Source: an uncultured Actinomycetes bacterium (lineage in GTDB: Bacteria > Actinomycetota > Acidimicrobiia > IMCC26256 > PALSA-555). From it: a stretch of DNA of 64,000 bases. The position numbers and the translations under genes are program-made. The stretch is from assembly GCA_903899845.1 (NCBI GenBank), contig CAIUKV010000008.1, positions 12,533 through 76,532 of the forward strand. The letters run 5' to 3'. Below are positions 9,388 to 17,998 of the stretch, piece after piece. Below the pieces are notes generated by a model. The model searched no databases. It worked only from the letters and a program-made list of their open reading frames with translations, and had not been told where the DNA came from. Positions within the stretch are counted from its first letter, which is position 1, and every line of letters begins with the position of its first letter.

Positions 9388-10301
9388 CAGCCCGCAGACT
9401 CCGCCGGTGCGGGGATCCGGTACAGCGTGCGCGCGTTGGTGTGCACCAGCTTGCGCACGTCGTCGAGCGGCAGCCCGCGGAACTGGCGGTCCATGGTGAT
9501 CCGCGAGTTGGGCCAGTCGGTGCCCGAGTGGGGGTTGTCGGTCGACCACATCACGTGGTCGAGGTTGAGATGGTGGCGCAGCTCGAGCCCGGCCGTGTCG
9601 ATCATGAAGGTGGCCCAGAAGTTCCGGGCGAAGACCTCGCTCGGCATCATCGTCATCTTCTCGACCGCGTCGTCGACCCCGGTCGTGGGGATGATGGCCT
9701 GTGCGAAGAGCCGCTCCTGCCCGGCGGCGCAGAAGTCGGTGATCCACTCGTTGTACGAGCGCACGCAGAAGCGCTGGAGCTCGCGGTCGTCGCCGTAGGT
9801 CTTGGCGCCGGCGAGCGTGACGCTCGGGTAGAGGACCTGGGCCCACACGCCGTCGGCGTCGAGGTCGGCGAGGCGCGCGGCGGGCTCGAACATCCCCGGG
9901 CGCATCTCGTCGTAGCGGGCACCCGCCCGCACGTGCTCGACCACGGACCGGCCCGCGCGGGCCGTGAGGCCGATCGGGGCGACGACCTTGCCGTCGGCGA
10001 TGATCGTGGGGCCGGCATGGCTCACGCCGACGAACAGCGAGTTCACGTGCGAGATGCCCGCCCGGGCGGTCTCCTCGTACCAGATCATCTGCTGGGTCAG
10101 GCTCAGACCGCGACCGCCGTACTCGCGGGGCCACGCGATCCCCGCGTAGCCAGCGGCGTACAGCGAACGCTGCCAGGCGAGGTCGCGGTCGCGCAGCGCC
10201 GGTCCGACCTCGGTCGGTGGAGGCGGCGGGGGGTGCCCGGCCAGCCAGGCGCGCAGCTCCGCCCGGAAGGCGTCGTCGTCGTGTGTGTGCGCGAGCTCCA
10301 T
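9387..10301 (-). pseudogene. In-frame mosaic ORF: acyl-CoA dehydrogenase N-terminal domain (about aa 1-103) fused to two non-contiguous pieces of an Amidohydrolase_2-type enzyme
   Basis: Residues 1-103 (AFRAELRAWL...WPREYGGRGLS...SHAGPTII) look like a FadE N domain. Residues 104-216 align with residues about 53-170 of the intact paralog at 11248..12378, after its DADGHV metal motif. Residues 217-304 match that paralog's C-terminus (MWSTDNPH). About 170 central residues are missing. Confidence 0.5.
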
Positions 10302-11143
10302 CAGGACCGGTCGGTGTGGTCGGCGCCCGAGCCCGTGGCGACGTAGTCGCGCACCACGCGCTCGCTGCGGTGACCGGTCTGGCCCATGATCATCCGGCGG
10401 CTGGATCCGGCTTCGACAGCCGCGGTCACCATCCCGCGACGCAGCGAGAGCCCGGTGAAACGCTCCGGCGGGAGGCCCGCGCCGACGGCGGCCCGGCGCA
10501 CGATGCGGCCGATCGCCTTCTCGCCCAGGGCCGTGGTCCCGACCCGGCCGCACCGGTCGACGGCGCGCAGCACCGGTCCCTCGAGGATCCCGGCGGCGCG
10601 GGTCCACTCCTCGAACGCGGTGACCGAGCACAGAACTCGCTCGGATCCGAACGGGACGCGGACCGCGCCGCGCGCCGTGGCGACTCGGAGCCCGGTGGAC
10701 CCGACCGTGATGTCGGGTACCTGCAGCCCGACGATCTCCCCCGGGCGCAGGGCGGCACCGTACCCGACCAGGATCGCGGCACGGTCGCGGAGCCCGCCCA
10801 TCGTGCGTGGCAGTGCGCTCGACATGGCTCGCAGCTCGGCGACGGTGATGGGGGCGGTGCGGTCGGCGTCGTCGCGCTGGCGCCATCGGGCCCGGGCCAT
10901 GGCCGCGGTCACGGCGGGCGTGCCGGTGGGGCTCGGAAGCCCAGCGTGGAGGTGCGAGGCCCGGATCGCGGCGAGACGCCGCTTCAGCGTCGCGACGCGT
11001 CGCCTCGCCGCGAGGTCGTCGACGTAGGCGACCACCGTGGGCGGGTCGGCCGGGAGCGCGTGGTACCCGTGCGTCGTGCACCACCGCACGAAGCAGGTCC
11101 AGTCGGACCGGTACGCCTCCCGGGTTCGTGGGGCGAGGGCCAC
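10301..11143 (-). CDS. Cre/XerD-like tyrosine site-specific recombinase
   Basis: The N-terminal SAM-like domain (AYRSDWTCFVRWC...LPADPPTVVAYV...ATLKRRLAAIRASH...GLPSPT) parallels the Cre N domain. Catalytic region: ALRPGEI (Arg), GLSLRRG (xxR; Leu where His is usual), GHRS (His), RDYV (Tyr). GTG start at 11143. The stop overlaps the next ORF's start by 1 nt. Confidence 0.85.
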   Translation of the reverse strand: MALAPRTREAYRSDWTCFVRWCTTHGYHALPADPPTVVAYVDDLAARRRVATLKRRLAAIRASHLHAGLPSPTGTPAVTAAMARARWRQRDDADRTAPITVAELRAMSSALPRTMGGLRDRAAILVGYGAALRPGEIVGLQVPDITVGSTGLRVATARGAVRVPFGSERVLCSVTAFEEWTRAAGILEGPVLRAVDRCGRVGTTALGEKAIGRIVRRAAVGAGLPPERFTGLSLRRGMVTAAVEAGSSRRMIMGQTGHRSERVVRDYVATGSGADHTDRS

Positions 11144-11186
11144 GGCGGTGCACCGTACTCCGGCGGACCGCCAGTCGGCACGGGGT

Positions 11187-11214
11187 CAAGGGTCCGATAA
11201 CCAGCACACCCTTG
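11187..11214. promoter_or_regulatory. Inverted repeat CAAGGGT-N14-ACCCTTG in the recombinase/amidohydrolase divergent spacer
   Basis: Read directly. It sits in a locally lower-GC patch between GTG 11143 (minus) and ATG 11248 (plus). Confidence 0.3.
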
Positions 11215-11247
11215 CGTGGCGGCCTGGCCCACCGCATCATTCGCCGC

Positions 11248-12378
11248 ATGACCGACACGACCAAGGATCTGATCGTCGACGCCGACGGGCACGTGATCGA
11301 GCCCGCCGACCTCTGGGAGCGCGGGCTGCCGTCCCACCTCGCCGACCGGGGCATCCGGATGCGCTGGAACGAGGACACCGGCTACGACGTGGCCTACGTC
11401 GAGGACAAGGTGGTCACCGACCGCGGCCTCGTCGGGCTCGGCAACGCGGGCGAGAGCTACGTGGACTTCGGCAAGGGCCGCCACTACGAGGACCTGAACC
11501 CGGCGGGGTTCGACCCCCACGAGCGGGTCAAGGTGCTCGACTCCGAGGGCATCGACATCTCGGTGATGTACCCCGGGATGGGCCTCAAGCTCGGCGGCAT
11601 CGAGGATCCCGAGCTCGCCGTGTGGTCGTGTCGGGTCTACAACGACTGGATCGCCGAGTGGTGCGCAGCGGCGCCCGACCGGCTCAAGGGCGTGGGCGCG
11701 CTGCCGATGCAGGACCCGGCCGAGGCGGCCAAGGAGGCCCGCCGCATCGCGGATCTCGGGCTGGTCGGGACCTTCGTGCGGCCCAACGCCTACAACGGCG
11801 TGCCCTTCCACCACCCGTCCTACACGCCGGTGTGGGAGGCGCTCGAGGAGACGGGCCAGCCCCTCGGCATGCACATCGCCGGGCTCGCCGACATGCCGGG
11901 CGCGTCGCGGGCGATGGGTGCGCTGATGGCGTCGGGCACCCACCACGCGCTGATCCCCGTCATCGACCAGATGATCACGCTGTCGAACCTCACCTACGGC
12001 GGGGTCCTCGAGCGACACCCGGCCCTCAAGGTGATCGTGCTCGAGTGCGGCGGCGGGTGGATCGCCCACTGGATGGACCGGCTCAACGAGTTCGAGGAGA
12101 GCTACTCGTGGGCGGCGGCACCGATGTCGCTCACCCCCGAGGAGTACTTCAAGCGGCAGTGCTGGATCAGCTTCGATCCCGGCGAGCGCACACCCGGGGC
12201 TCTCGCTCCCTTCGTGGGTGCCGACCGCTTCATCTGGGCGTCGGACTTCCCCCACAACGACGCGAAGTACCCAGGCGTCGTCGACGAGCTGCGCGAGCAC
12301 AACGACCACCTCCCCGACGCCGAGCGCAAGGGGCTCTACGGACTCAACGCGTGCGCGCTCTACGGCATCGATGTCTGA
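11248..12378 (+). CDS. Amidohydrolase_2 (ACMSD-type) family metal-dependent hydrolase/decarboxylase
   Basis: MTDTTKDLIVDADGHVIEP (HxH-type metal motif), VYNDWIAEWC, WASDFPHND. I moved the start to ATG 11248 within ORF 11128..12378. Confidence 0.85.
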   Translation: MTDTTKDLIVDADGHVIEPADLWERGLPSHLADRGIRMRWNEDTGYDVAYVEDKVVTDRGLVGLGNAGESYVDFGKGRHYEDLNPAGFDPHERVKVLDSEGIDISVMYPGMGLKLGGIEDPELAVWSCRVYNDWIAEWCAAAPDRLKGVGALPMQDPAEAAKEARRIADLGLVGTFVRPNAYNGVPFHHPSYTPVWEALEETGQPLGMHIAGLADMPGASRAMGALMASGTHHALIPVIDQMITLSNLTYGGVLERHPALKVIVLECGGGWIAHWMDRLNEFEESYSWAAAPMSLTPEEYFKRQCWISFDPGERTPGALAPFVGADRFIWASDFPHNDAKYPGVVDELREHNDHLPDAERKGLYGLNACALYGIDV

Positions 12379-14050
12379 CCTGCTGATCCGCGGCGGGACC
12401 GTCGTCGATGGGACGGGGGCGCCGGCCCACACCGCCGACGTGCTGGTCCGTGACGGCCTCATCGCGGCGGTGGGCCGCGTCGACGACGCGGCGGCGCGGG
12501 TGATCGACGCCGACGGTCTGCTCGTGACCCCGGGCTTCGTCGACGTCCACACCCACTACGACGCGCAGCTCCACTGGGACCCGACCGCGTCGCCCGCGTC
12601 GTGGCACGGGGTCACCACGCTGCTCACCGGCAACTGCGGGTTCACGCTCGCGCCGGCCCGGCCCCAGGACCTCCCGTGGCTGTGCGAGATGCTGAGCCGG
12701 GTCGAAGGCATGTCGGCCGCCGCGCTGGCGGAGGGGGTGACGTACCGCGGTGGGAGCTTCGGCGACTTCCTCGCCGGGCTCGACGGCCGCGTGGGCGTCA
12801 ACGTGGCGGCCAACGTGGGCCACTGCGCGGTGCGGCGCCATGTGATGGGCGACGACGCGTCCGAGCGCACCGCGACCACCGACGAGATCGCGGCGATGCA
12901 GGCGCTGGTCCGCCAGGCCCTGGCCGAAGGCGCGATCGGCTTCACGTCGTCACAGCTCGAGCTCCACGTCGCCCACGACGGGCGCGGAGTGCCGTCGAAT
13001 CACGCCGCGCCCGACGAGCTCATCGCCCTCGCGTCGGTGCTCGCCGAGTTCGGCCGCGGATCGATCGAGTTCATCCCCCGCACGTTCCTCACCGGCTACG
13101 ACGACGACGACCGCGCGCTGATCCTCGCCATGGCTCGGGCGTCGGGCCGCCCGGTGCACGTCAACACGCTCACGAGCATGCCCCACGCCCCCGACGGCTG
13201 GTCCCGGAGTCTCGAGTTCGCCGAGACAGCCGCGGCCGAAGGGCTCGAGATCCACCCGATGTTCGCCACCAACCGCCAAGGTGCCCACTTCGCGCTCGGC
13301 TCCACCTTCCTGTTCGACGAGATGCCGTCGTTCCGCGACACGCTCACGTTGCCCCCCGCCGAGCGCGACGCGCGACTGCGTGACCCGGCGGTACGGGCGC
13401 AGATGCGGGCGGAGATCGCCGATCCGACGGGTCGGTCGTTCGTGTTCGCCTGGCAGGTCATCCGGGTGGAACGGGTGCTGCGACCCGAGCACGAGCGCTT
13501 CCTCGACCGCTCGGTCACCGAGGTGGCCGAGGCCATGGGCTGCGATCCGCTCGACGCCTTCCTCGACCTCTCGCTCGCCGAAGACCTCGAGACCCAGTTC
13601 GTGCTGGCCGGCCCGCCGTCTCCTGAGCGGCGGGCGGCGGTCGAGACCATGATCCGCTCGCCCTACGTGATGGCCGGATCGTCCGATGGCGGTGCCCACC
13701 TCCTCTCGTTCTGCGGCGCCGACTACCCGACCCGGCTCCTCACCGAGTGGGTCCCCGACACGCTGACCCTCGAGCAAGCGGTGGCCCGCCTCACGTCGAT
13801 CCCCGCCGCGGCCAGCGGCGTCACCGGACGGGGTCGGATCGCCGAGGGCCTTGCCGCCGACGTGCTCTGCATCGACGCCGAACGTCTCGGTGCCGGTGAC
13901 GCTCCCCGCTACGTCCGGGACTTCCCGGCCGACGCGGGCCGCTTCGTCGTCGACGCGACCGGCTACCGCGCGGTCATCGTCAACGGCGAGGTCCTCCACG
14001 AGGACGGCGCCTGGACCGGTGCCACTCCGGGTCAGGTGCTGCGGGGCTGA
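12371..14050 (+). CDS. D-aminoacylase-like amidohydrolase (N-acyl-D-amino-acid deacylase family)
   Basis: MSDLLIRGGTVVDGTG...VTPGFVDVHTHYDAQ...GVTTLLTGNCGF. ATG 12371 overlaps the upstream gene by 8 nt. Confidence 0.85.
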   Translation: MSDLLIRGGTVVDGTGAPAHTADVLVRDGLIAAVGRVDDAAARVIDADGLLVTPGFVDVHTHYDAQLHWDPTASPASWHGVTTLLTGNCGFTLAPARPQDLPWLCEMLSRVEGMSAAALAEGVTYRGGSFGDFLAGLDGRVGVNVAANVGHCAVRRHVMGDDASERTATTDEIAAMQALVRQALAEGAIGFTSSQLELHVAHDGRGVPSNHAAPDELIALASVLAEFGRGSIEFIPRTFLTGYDDDDRALILAMARASGRPVHVNTLTSMPHAPDGWSRSLEFAETAAAEGLEIHPMFATNRQGAHFALGSTFLFDEMPSFRDTLTLPPAERDARLRDPAVRAQMRAEIADPTGRSFVFAWQVIRVERVLRPEHERFLDRSVTEVAEAMGCDPLDAFLDLSLAEDLETQFVLAGPPSPERRAAVETMIRSPYVMAGSSDGGAHLLSFCGADYPTRLLTEWVPDTLTLEQAVARLTSIPAAASGVTGRGRIAEGLAADVLCIDAERLGAGDAPRYVRDFPADAGRFVVDATGYRAVIVNGEVLHEDGAWTGATPGQVLRG

Positions 14051-14096
14051 CCCGGAGTCGGTGATCAGGCCGGATCGCCGGCCGGAGCACCGTCGA

Positions 14097-14978
14097 TCAG
14101 GCGTCGGGATCCCAGCGGAGCTCGACCGCACCCTGACGCTCGGCGGCGAGCACGAGGTCGCTCCAGTCTGCGTCACCCAGCCCGGCGGCCACTGCGCCCA
14201 CGAGCACCTGGAGCACGGCCGACCCGGCCGGCGTGGGAACGCCGAGGGCCCGGCCGGTGTCGACGATGAGGCCGGCGTCCTTGGCCGCGAGCTCGAGGGC
14301 GAACATCGTGGGCCGGCCCCGCTGGTCGATCTGCTCGACCATCCGGTCCAGGTAGAAGTTGCCGGCCCCACCCGTGCGCAGCACCTCCACGGCCTGCTGG
14401 ACGCCGATGCCGGACTTCGCGGCCAGGGAGAGCCCCTCGAGACTGACCCACGTCGCCGTGTAGGCCACGAGGCTGTTGACGAGCTTCATCGTGTTGCCGG
14501 CCCCGAGGGGTCCGAGGTGGAACCACGCTCGTCCGAGCGGCTCGAGGACCGGGCGGACCCGGGCCACGGCGTCGTCGGCACCCCCCACCATGAACATGAG
14601 CATCCGCGACTGGGCTCCGATCGAGCCGCCGGTGAGCGGCGCCTCCACGAGGTGGTGGCCCGTCGCGGCCAGCTGGGCGCCGAGGTCACGCACCATCTCG
14701 GGGTTGTTGGTCGAGAGGTCGACGAGCACCCGGTCCTCGGGCGCCGCCGCCGACCAGGCCGCGGTGACACGCCGGACCACTGCCGGGGTGGGCAGCGACA
14801 GGATCGTCACGTCGGCAGCCGCGGCCAGCTCCTCGACGGTGCCGGTCGCGGTGGCGCCGGCGATCGCGGCGGCGCGCGCCGGGTCGACGTCGTGGACCAG
14901 CACCGCGTGGCCGTCGCTGACGAGGTTGGCGGCCACGTGGCCACCGATGTTGCCGAGTCCGATCACCCCGATGGACAT
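14097..14978 (-). CDS. NAD(P)-dependent 3-hydroxyisobutyrate/6-phosphogluconate dehydrogenase-like oxidoreductase
   Basis: MSIGVIGLGNIGGHVAANL Rossmann motif. 293 aa with a HIBADH-family layout. Confidence 0.85.
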   Translation of the reverse strand: MSIGVIGLGNIGGHVAANLVSDGHAVLVHDVDPARAAAIAGATATGTVEELAAAADVTILSLPTPAVVRRVTAAWSAAAPEDRVLVDLSTNNPEMVRDLGAQLAATGHHLVEAPLTGGSIGAQSRMLMFMVGGADDAVARVRPVLEPLGRAWFHLGPLGAGNTMKLVNSLVAYTATWVSLEGLSLAAKSGIGVQQAVEVLRTGGAGNFYLDRMVEQIDQRGRPTMFALELAAKDAGLIVDTGRALGVPTPAGSAVLQVLVGAVAAGLGDADWSDLVLAAERQGAVELRWDPDA

Positions 14979-15030
14979 GTTGGCTCCTCCTCGTTCGTGG
15001 CGGTTCGTGCGCAGCAGTCGTGGCGCGGGT

Positions 15031-15987
15031 CTAGTAGTAGAGCGACGTCATGAAGCCGAGGCGGACGAGCTCGCCGCGCTGGTTGGTCCAGCGCTGCTCG
15101 GTGGTGAAGACCGACGTGGGGCCGAGCTTCATGTCTTTCTCCACGACGTCGACGAGGCGGCAGATGCCGGTGATCACGTCGCCGGGGCGGATGGGGGCGA
15201 AGTAGGCGCTGCGTTGGCCGCCGTTGAGGATGCGCTTCCCGGGCTCGGCGCCCATGCCCCGCAGCCACGGGCCGCCCCACGGGCGGCGCGGGTTCCAGGC
15301 GAAGGGGTCGAGGTCGCGGGGCGCGACGAGCCCGCCCCAGGGGCCGGCGGTCGCGACAGCCTCGTCGACGAAGCGGGCGGGGGGCGGCTCGGGCCAGTGG
15401 GTGGCGATGGCCCAGTGGCGGATGTCGTTGGCGTCGACGGGCCAGGCGGTGATCGGCTCGCTGGTGGTGCCGATCTGGTCGATCTCGGCCTGGGTCAGGT
15501 GCACGCCGGGTGTCGCCGTTCCGGAGGGCTCGGCCGCCGCGGGCTCGGGGAGCGCGCTCGGCGGGCCGTCCCAGAGGCGGACGGTCGCGGTCCCCGGGGT
15601 CGTGTCGACGCCGTCCTGGTTGACGACCGAGAGCGCGAGGTGGACGAGCCGTGCGCCGTCGCGGGTCTCCGTGCCGGTGACGGTGGCCGACGCGGTGAGG
15701 GTGTCGCCCTTGAAGTTCATGCCGCGGAACTGGCACGCGAACTCCACGATGTCGCCGGCGTCGCCGAGCCACGCCGACAGTGCGTTGTGGAGGTAGGCGA
15801 TCCGGAGGTTGCCCATGCCGAACGCGGCGGGCTGGCCCACCTTCTGCGCGTCGGCGTCGTCCATGTGGATCGGGATGAACTCGTCGTTGACCGCGGCGTA
15901 GCGGTTCCAATGCGCGAGGTCGGTGGTGCGTACGAGCGGAGGGACGGTGTCGCCGACCGCGATCGATTCGAAGATGGGCTCGGGCAT
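15031..15987 (-). CDS. Fused double-hotdog (R)-hydratase: MaoC-like domain followed by a MaoC_dehydrat_N/UPF0336-like domain
   Basis: The N half has YAAVNDEFIPIHMDDADAQKVG...GDTL (MaoC). The C half has DIRHWAIATHWPEPP...GGLVAPRDL (N-type hotdog). The two halves are joined by a Pro/Ala linker. Confidence 0.8.
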   Translation of the reverse strand: MPEPIFESIAVGDTVPPLVRTTDLAHWNRYAAVNDEFIPIHMDDADAQKVGQPAAFGMGNLRIAYLHNALSAWLGDAGDIVEFACQFRGMNFKGDTLTASATVTGTETRDGARLVHLALSVVNQDGVDTTPGTATVRLWDGPPSALPEPAAAEPSGTATPGVHLTQAEIDQIGTTSEPITAWPVDANDIRHWAIATHWPEPPPARFVDEAVATAGPWGGLVAPRDLDPFAWNPRRPWGGPWLRGMGAEPGKRILNGGQRSAYFAPIRPGDVITGICRLVDVVEKDMKLGPTSVFTTEQRWTNQRGELVRLGFMTSLYY

Positions 15988-16008
15988 GGGGGCTCCAGGG
16001 TGGGGAGG

Positions 16009-17178
16009 TCAGTCGACGGCGTCGAGCAGGTTGACGGTGCAGACGCTGCCGCCGCCCACGAGGTGCGCGAGCGCGACCCGCGCGCCCTCCACCTGGCGAC
16101 CGGTCGCGTCGCCGCGGAGCTGCTGCACGCACTCGTGGATCTGGGCGAGGCCGGTGGGCCCGCCGGGGTGACCGCGGGCGATGAGCCCGCCGTCGGTGTT
16201 GAACGGGATGCGGCCGCCGGGACCGGTCTCGCCGTCGGCGACGAGCCGGTCGCCCTCACCCTCGGCGCAGAAGCCGAGCAGCTCGTAGTACTCGAGCTCC
16301 TCGTTGACGAACGCGTCGTGGCAGTACGCGACGTGCACGTCCTCGGGCCCGATCCCGGCGGCCTCGTAGCACTCGCGTGCGGTGTCACTCGTCATCGTCG
16401 ACGGGCCCACGACGGGACCGACGAAGGTGTGGCCCCGCGAGTACGACTCCGACTGCAACGCCGACGCCAACGGCCGCACGATGCGACGGCCCGGCTGGCG
16501 CGAGCGCACGAGGTCCTCACGGGCGAGGATCACGCACGCTGCGCCGTCGTCGGGCGGGCAGCACATCATCGTCGTGAGCGGATCCGCGACCGGTCGCGAC
16601 GCCAGCACCTCCTCGGCGGTGACCACGTGATCGGTCTGACGGTGCGCGGTCGGGCACGCGGCGCCGTAGTTCCAGTTCTTCGCGGCGATCTTCGCGAACG
16701 TCTCCACGCTCGTCCCGCGCTCGTGCATGCGCCGCTGGGCCCACAGCGCGAAGTACGCCGCGGGCAGGATCGGCGCGTCGATCCGGTCACGCGCCGAACC
16801 GCCCCCACCGCCCCCGACCATGTCGGTGAACTTGTCGAAGCCGATCGCCATCGCCACGTCGGCCCGACCCGACGCCACCGCCCACGCCGCGTCGCGGAAC
16901 GCGACCAGCCCGGTGGCCGACGCGTTCTCGGTGTGGTTCACCGGCAGACCGGTGAGGCCGAGCTCCTTCATCGCCTTCACCCCGAGCATCGACCCGGGTG
17001 TGATGTAGGCGACGAACGCCTCGTCGATGTCGGCCAGCGTCATGCCGGCATCGTGCAGCGCGAGCAGACCGGCATCGCGCGCCAGGTGCACCGCAGGGCG
17101 GTCCTTCATCATCCCGAACCGGATCATCCCGATCCCGGCGACCGCCACACCCTCGAACCTCAGGCCCCGACGCATCAT
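16009..17178 (-). CDS. Thiolase-like lipid-transfer protein (Ltp type), second copy
   Basis: MMRRGLRFEGVAVAGIG..., ENASATGLVAF, GGLIARGHPGGPTG. ATG 17178 overlaps the DUF35 stop (ATGA). The longer ORF-track N-terminus is rejected. Confidence 0.85.
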   Translation of the reverse strand: MMRRGLRFEGVAVAGIGMIRFGMMKDRPAVHLARDAGLLALHDAGMTLADIDEAFVAYITPGSMLGVKAMKELGLTGLPVNHTENASATGLVAFRDAAWAVASGRADVAMAIGFDKFTDMVGGGGGGSARDRIDAPILPAAYFALWAQRRMHERGTSVETFAKIAAKNWNYGAACPTAHRQTDHVVTAEEVLASRPVADPLTTMMCCPPDDGAACVILAREDLVRSRQPGRRIVRPLASALQSESYSRGHTFVGPVVGPSTMTSDTARECYEAAGIGPEDVHVAYCHDAFVNEELEYYELLGFCAEGEGDRLVADGETGPGGRIPFNTDGGLIARGHPGGPTGLAQIHECVQQLRGDATGRQVEGARVALAHLVGGGSVCTVNLLDAVD

Positions 17179-17606
17179 GCGCTCCCTTCGGCGCCGGCGA
17201 CCGGCCGGAACCGGTAGATCACGACCTCGTCGCCGTCGGTGTTCTCGCGCAGCACCTCGAGGTCGATCTCCATCTCCATCCCGATCTCGAAGTCGTCCGG
17301 CCCGCCGAGCAGGATCGACTGCACCCGCGGCCCCTCCGGCAGGTCGATCTGACCCACGCCGTAGCCCGGCACGCTGGCGTCCACCTTCCCGAACATCGGC
17401 ACGTGGCTGTACGTCCACGTCCACAAGCGTCCGCGAGTGGAGAGCTCGACATCGTCGGTGCCCTCGTGCAGGCACTGCGCACACACGAACCGGCGCGGGA
17501 AGAACACCTCACCGCACGTCGGGCAGCGGCTGCCGAGCAGCCGCGGCGGCTCGCCGGGGTCGTCGGGGATCCGGAAGAACCCCTCCTCGATCGGGACTCG
17601 GGCCAT
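17175..17606 (-). CDS. DUF35 OB-fold / zinc-ribbon protein, second copy
   Basis: CPTCGEVFFPRRFVCAQC ribbon plus an OB-fold; 143 aa. Confidence 0.85.
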   Translation of the reverse strand: MARVPIEEGFFRIPDDPGEPPRLLGSRCPTCGEVFFPRRFVCAQCLHEGTDDVELSTRGRLWTWTYSHVPMFGKVDASVPGYGVGQIDLPEGPRVQSILLGGPDDFEIGMEMEIDLEVLRENTDGDEVVIYRFRPVAGAEGSA

Positions 17607-17626
17607 GCGCGTCGCTTCCCCTGGTC

Positions 17627-17650
17627 GAATCTGACGGATGCGTCATATTC
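17627..17650. promoter_or_regulatory. Near-perfect 24-bp palindrome GAATCTGACG-gatg-CGTCATATTC upstream of the DUF35-ltp-hydratase operon (operator candidate)
   Basis: 9 of 10 arm positions pair. Located 21-44 nt upstream of ATG 17606 (minus strand) in a lower-GC patch. Confidence 0.4.
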
Positions 17651-17998
17651 CACGGTCGTCACCCTCGCCGCAACTCCGTCCGGGTCCGGGCGGACAGGGC
17701 TGGCGCAGCGTCGGCGCTGGCATCGAGCGAACCGCGGTCCCGTTCGGGGTTGGCGGCGCCTGCTCAGTCGTGAGCCCCGGGCAGGCGACGACGATCTCCT
17801 CGGTGGGGCTGCGGCCCTCGACGGTGACGGCGGTGGTGACCGGACGGGCTCGGGACACTCTCCGCCGCGTTCGGGGTCCTGGGTCCCACCGTCCGGAACG
17901 ACGCGCGACATGGATCCGGGACGTCCCGAGACACGACACCGTCACCCGCTCCACGCTCGGAAGCACAGCCTGACCCGGGCGGCCATCATGGGCGGCCC

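Noticed and set aside
9387-11250. Recombinase region as a prophage, ICE or transposon
   Set aside because: I recognised no capsid, tail, conjugation, transposase or excisionase genes. There is no tRNA target, and I found no flanking direct or inverted terminal repeats by eye. A whole-genome repeat search would be needed to exclude a larger island.
17618-17632. GGTCGAATC resembling a tRNA T-loop, hinting at a tRNA gene in the 17.6-18.0 kb gap
   Set aside because: I could not build an acceptor stem, a D-arm or an anticodon arm around it. The motif overlaps the operator-like palindrome instead.
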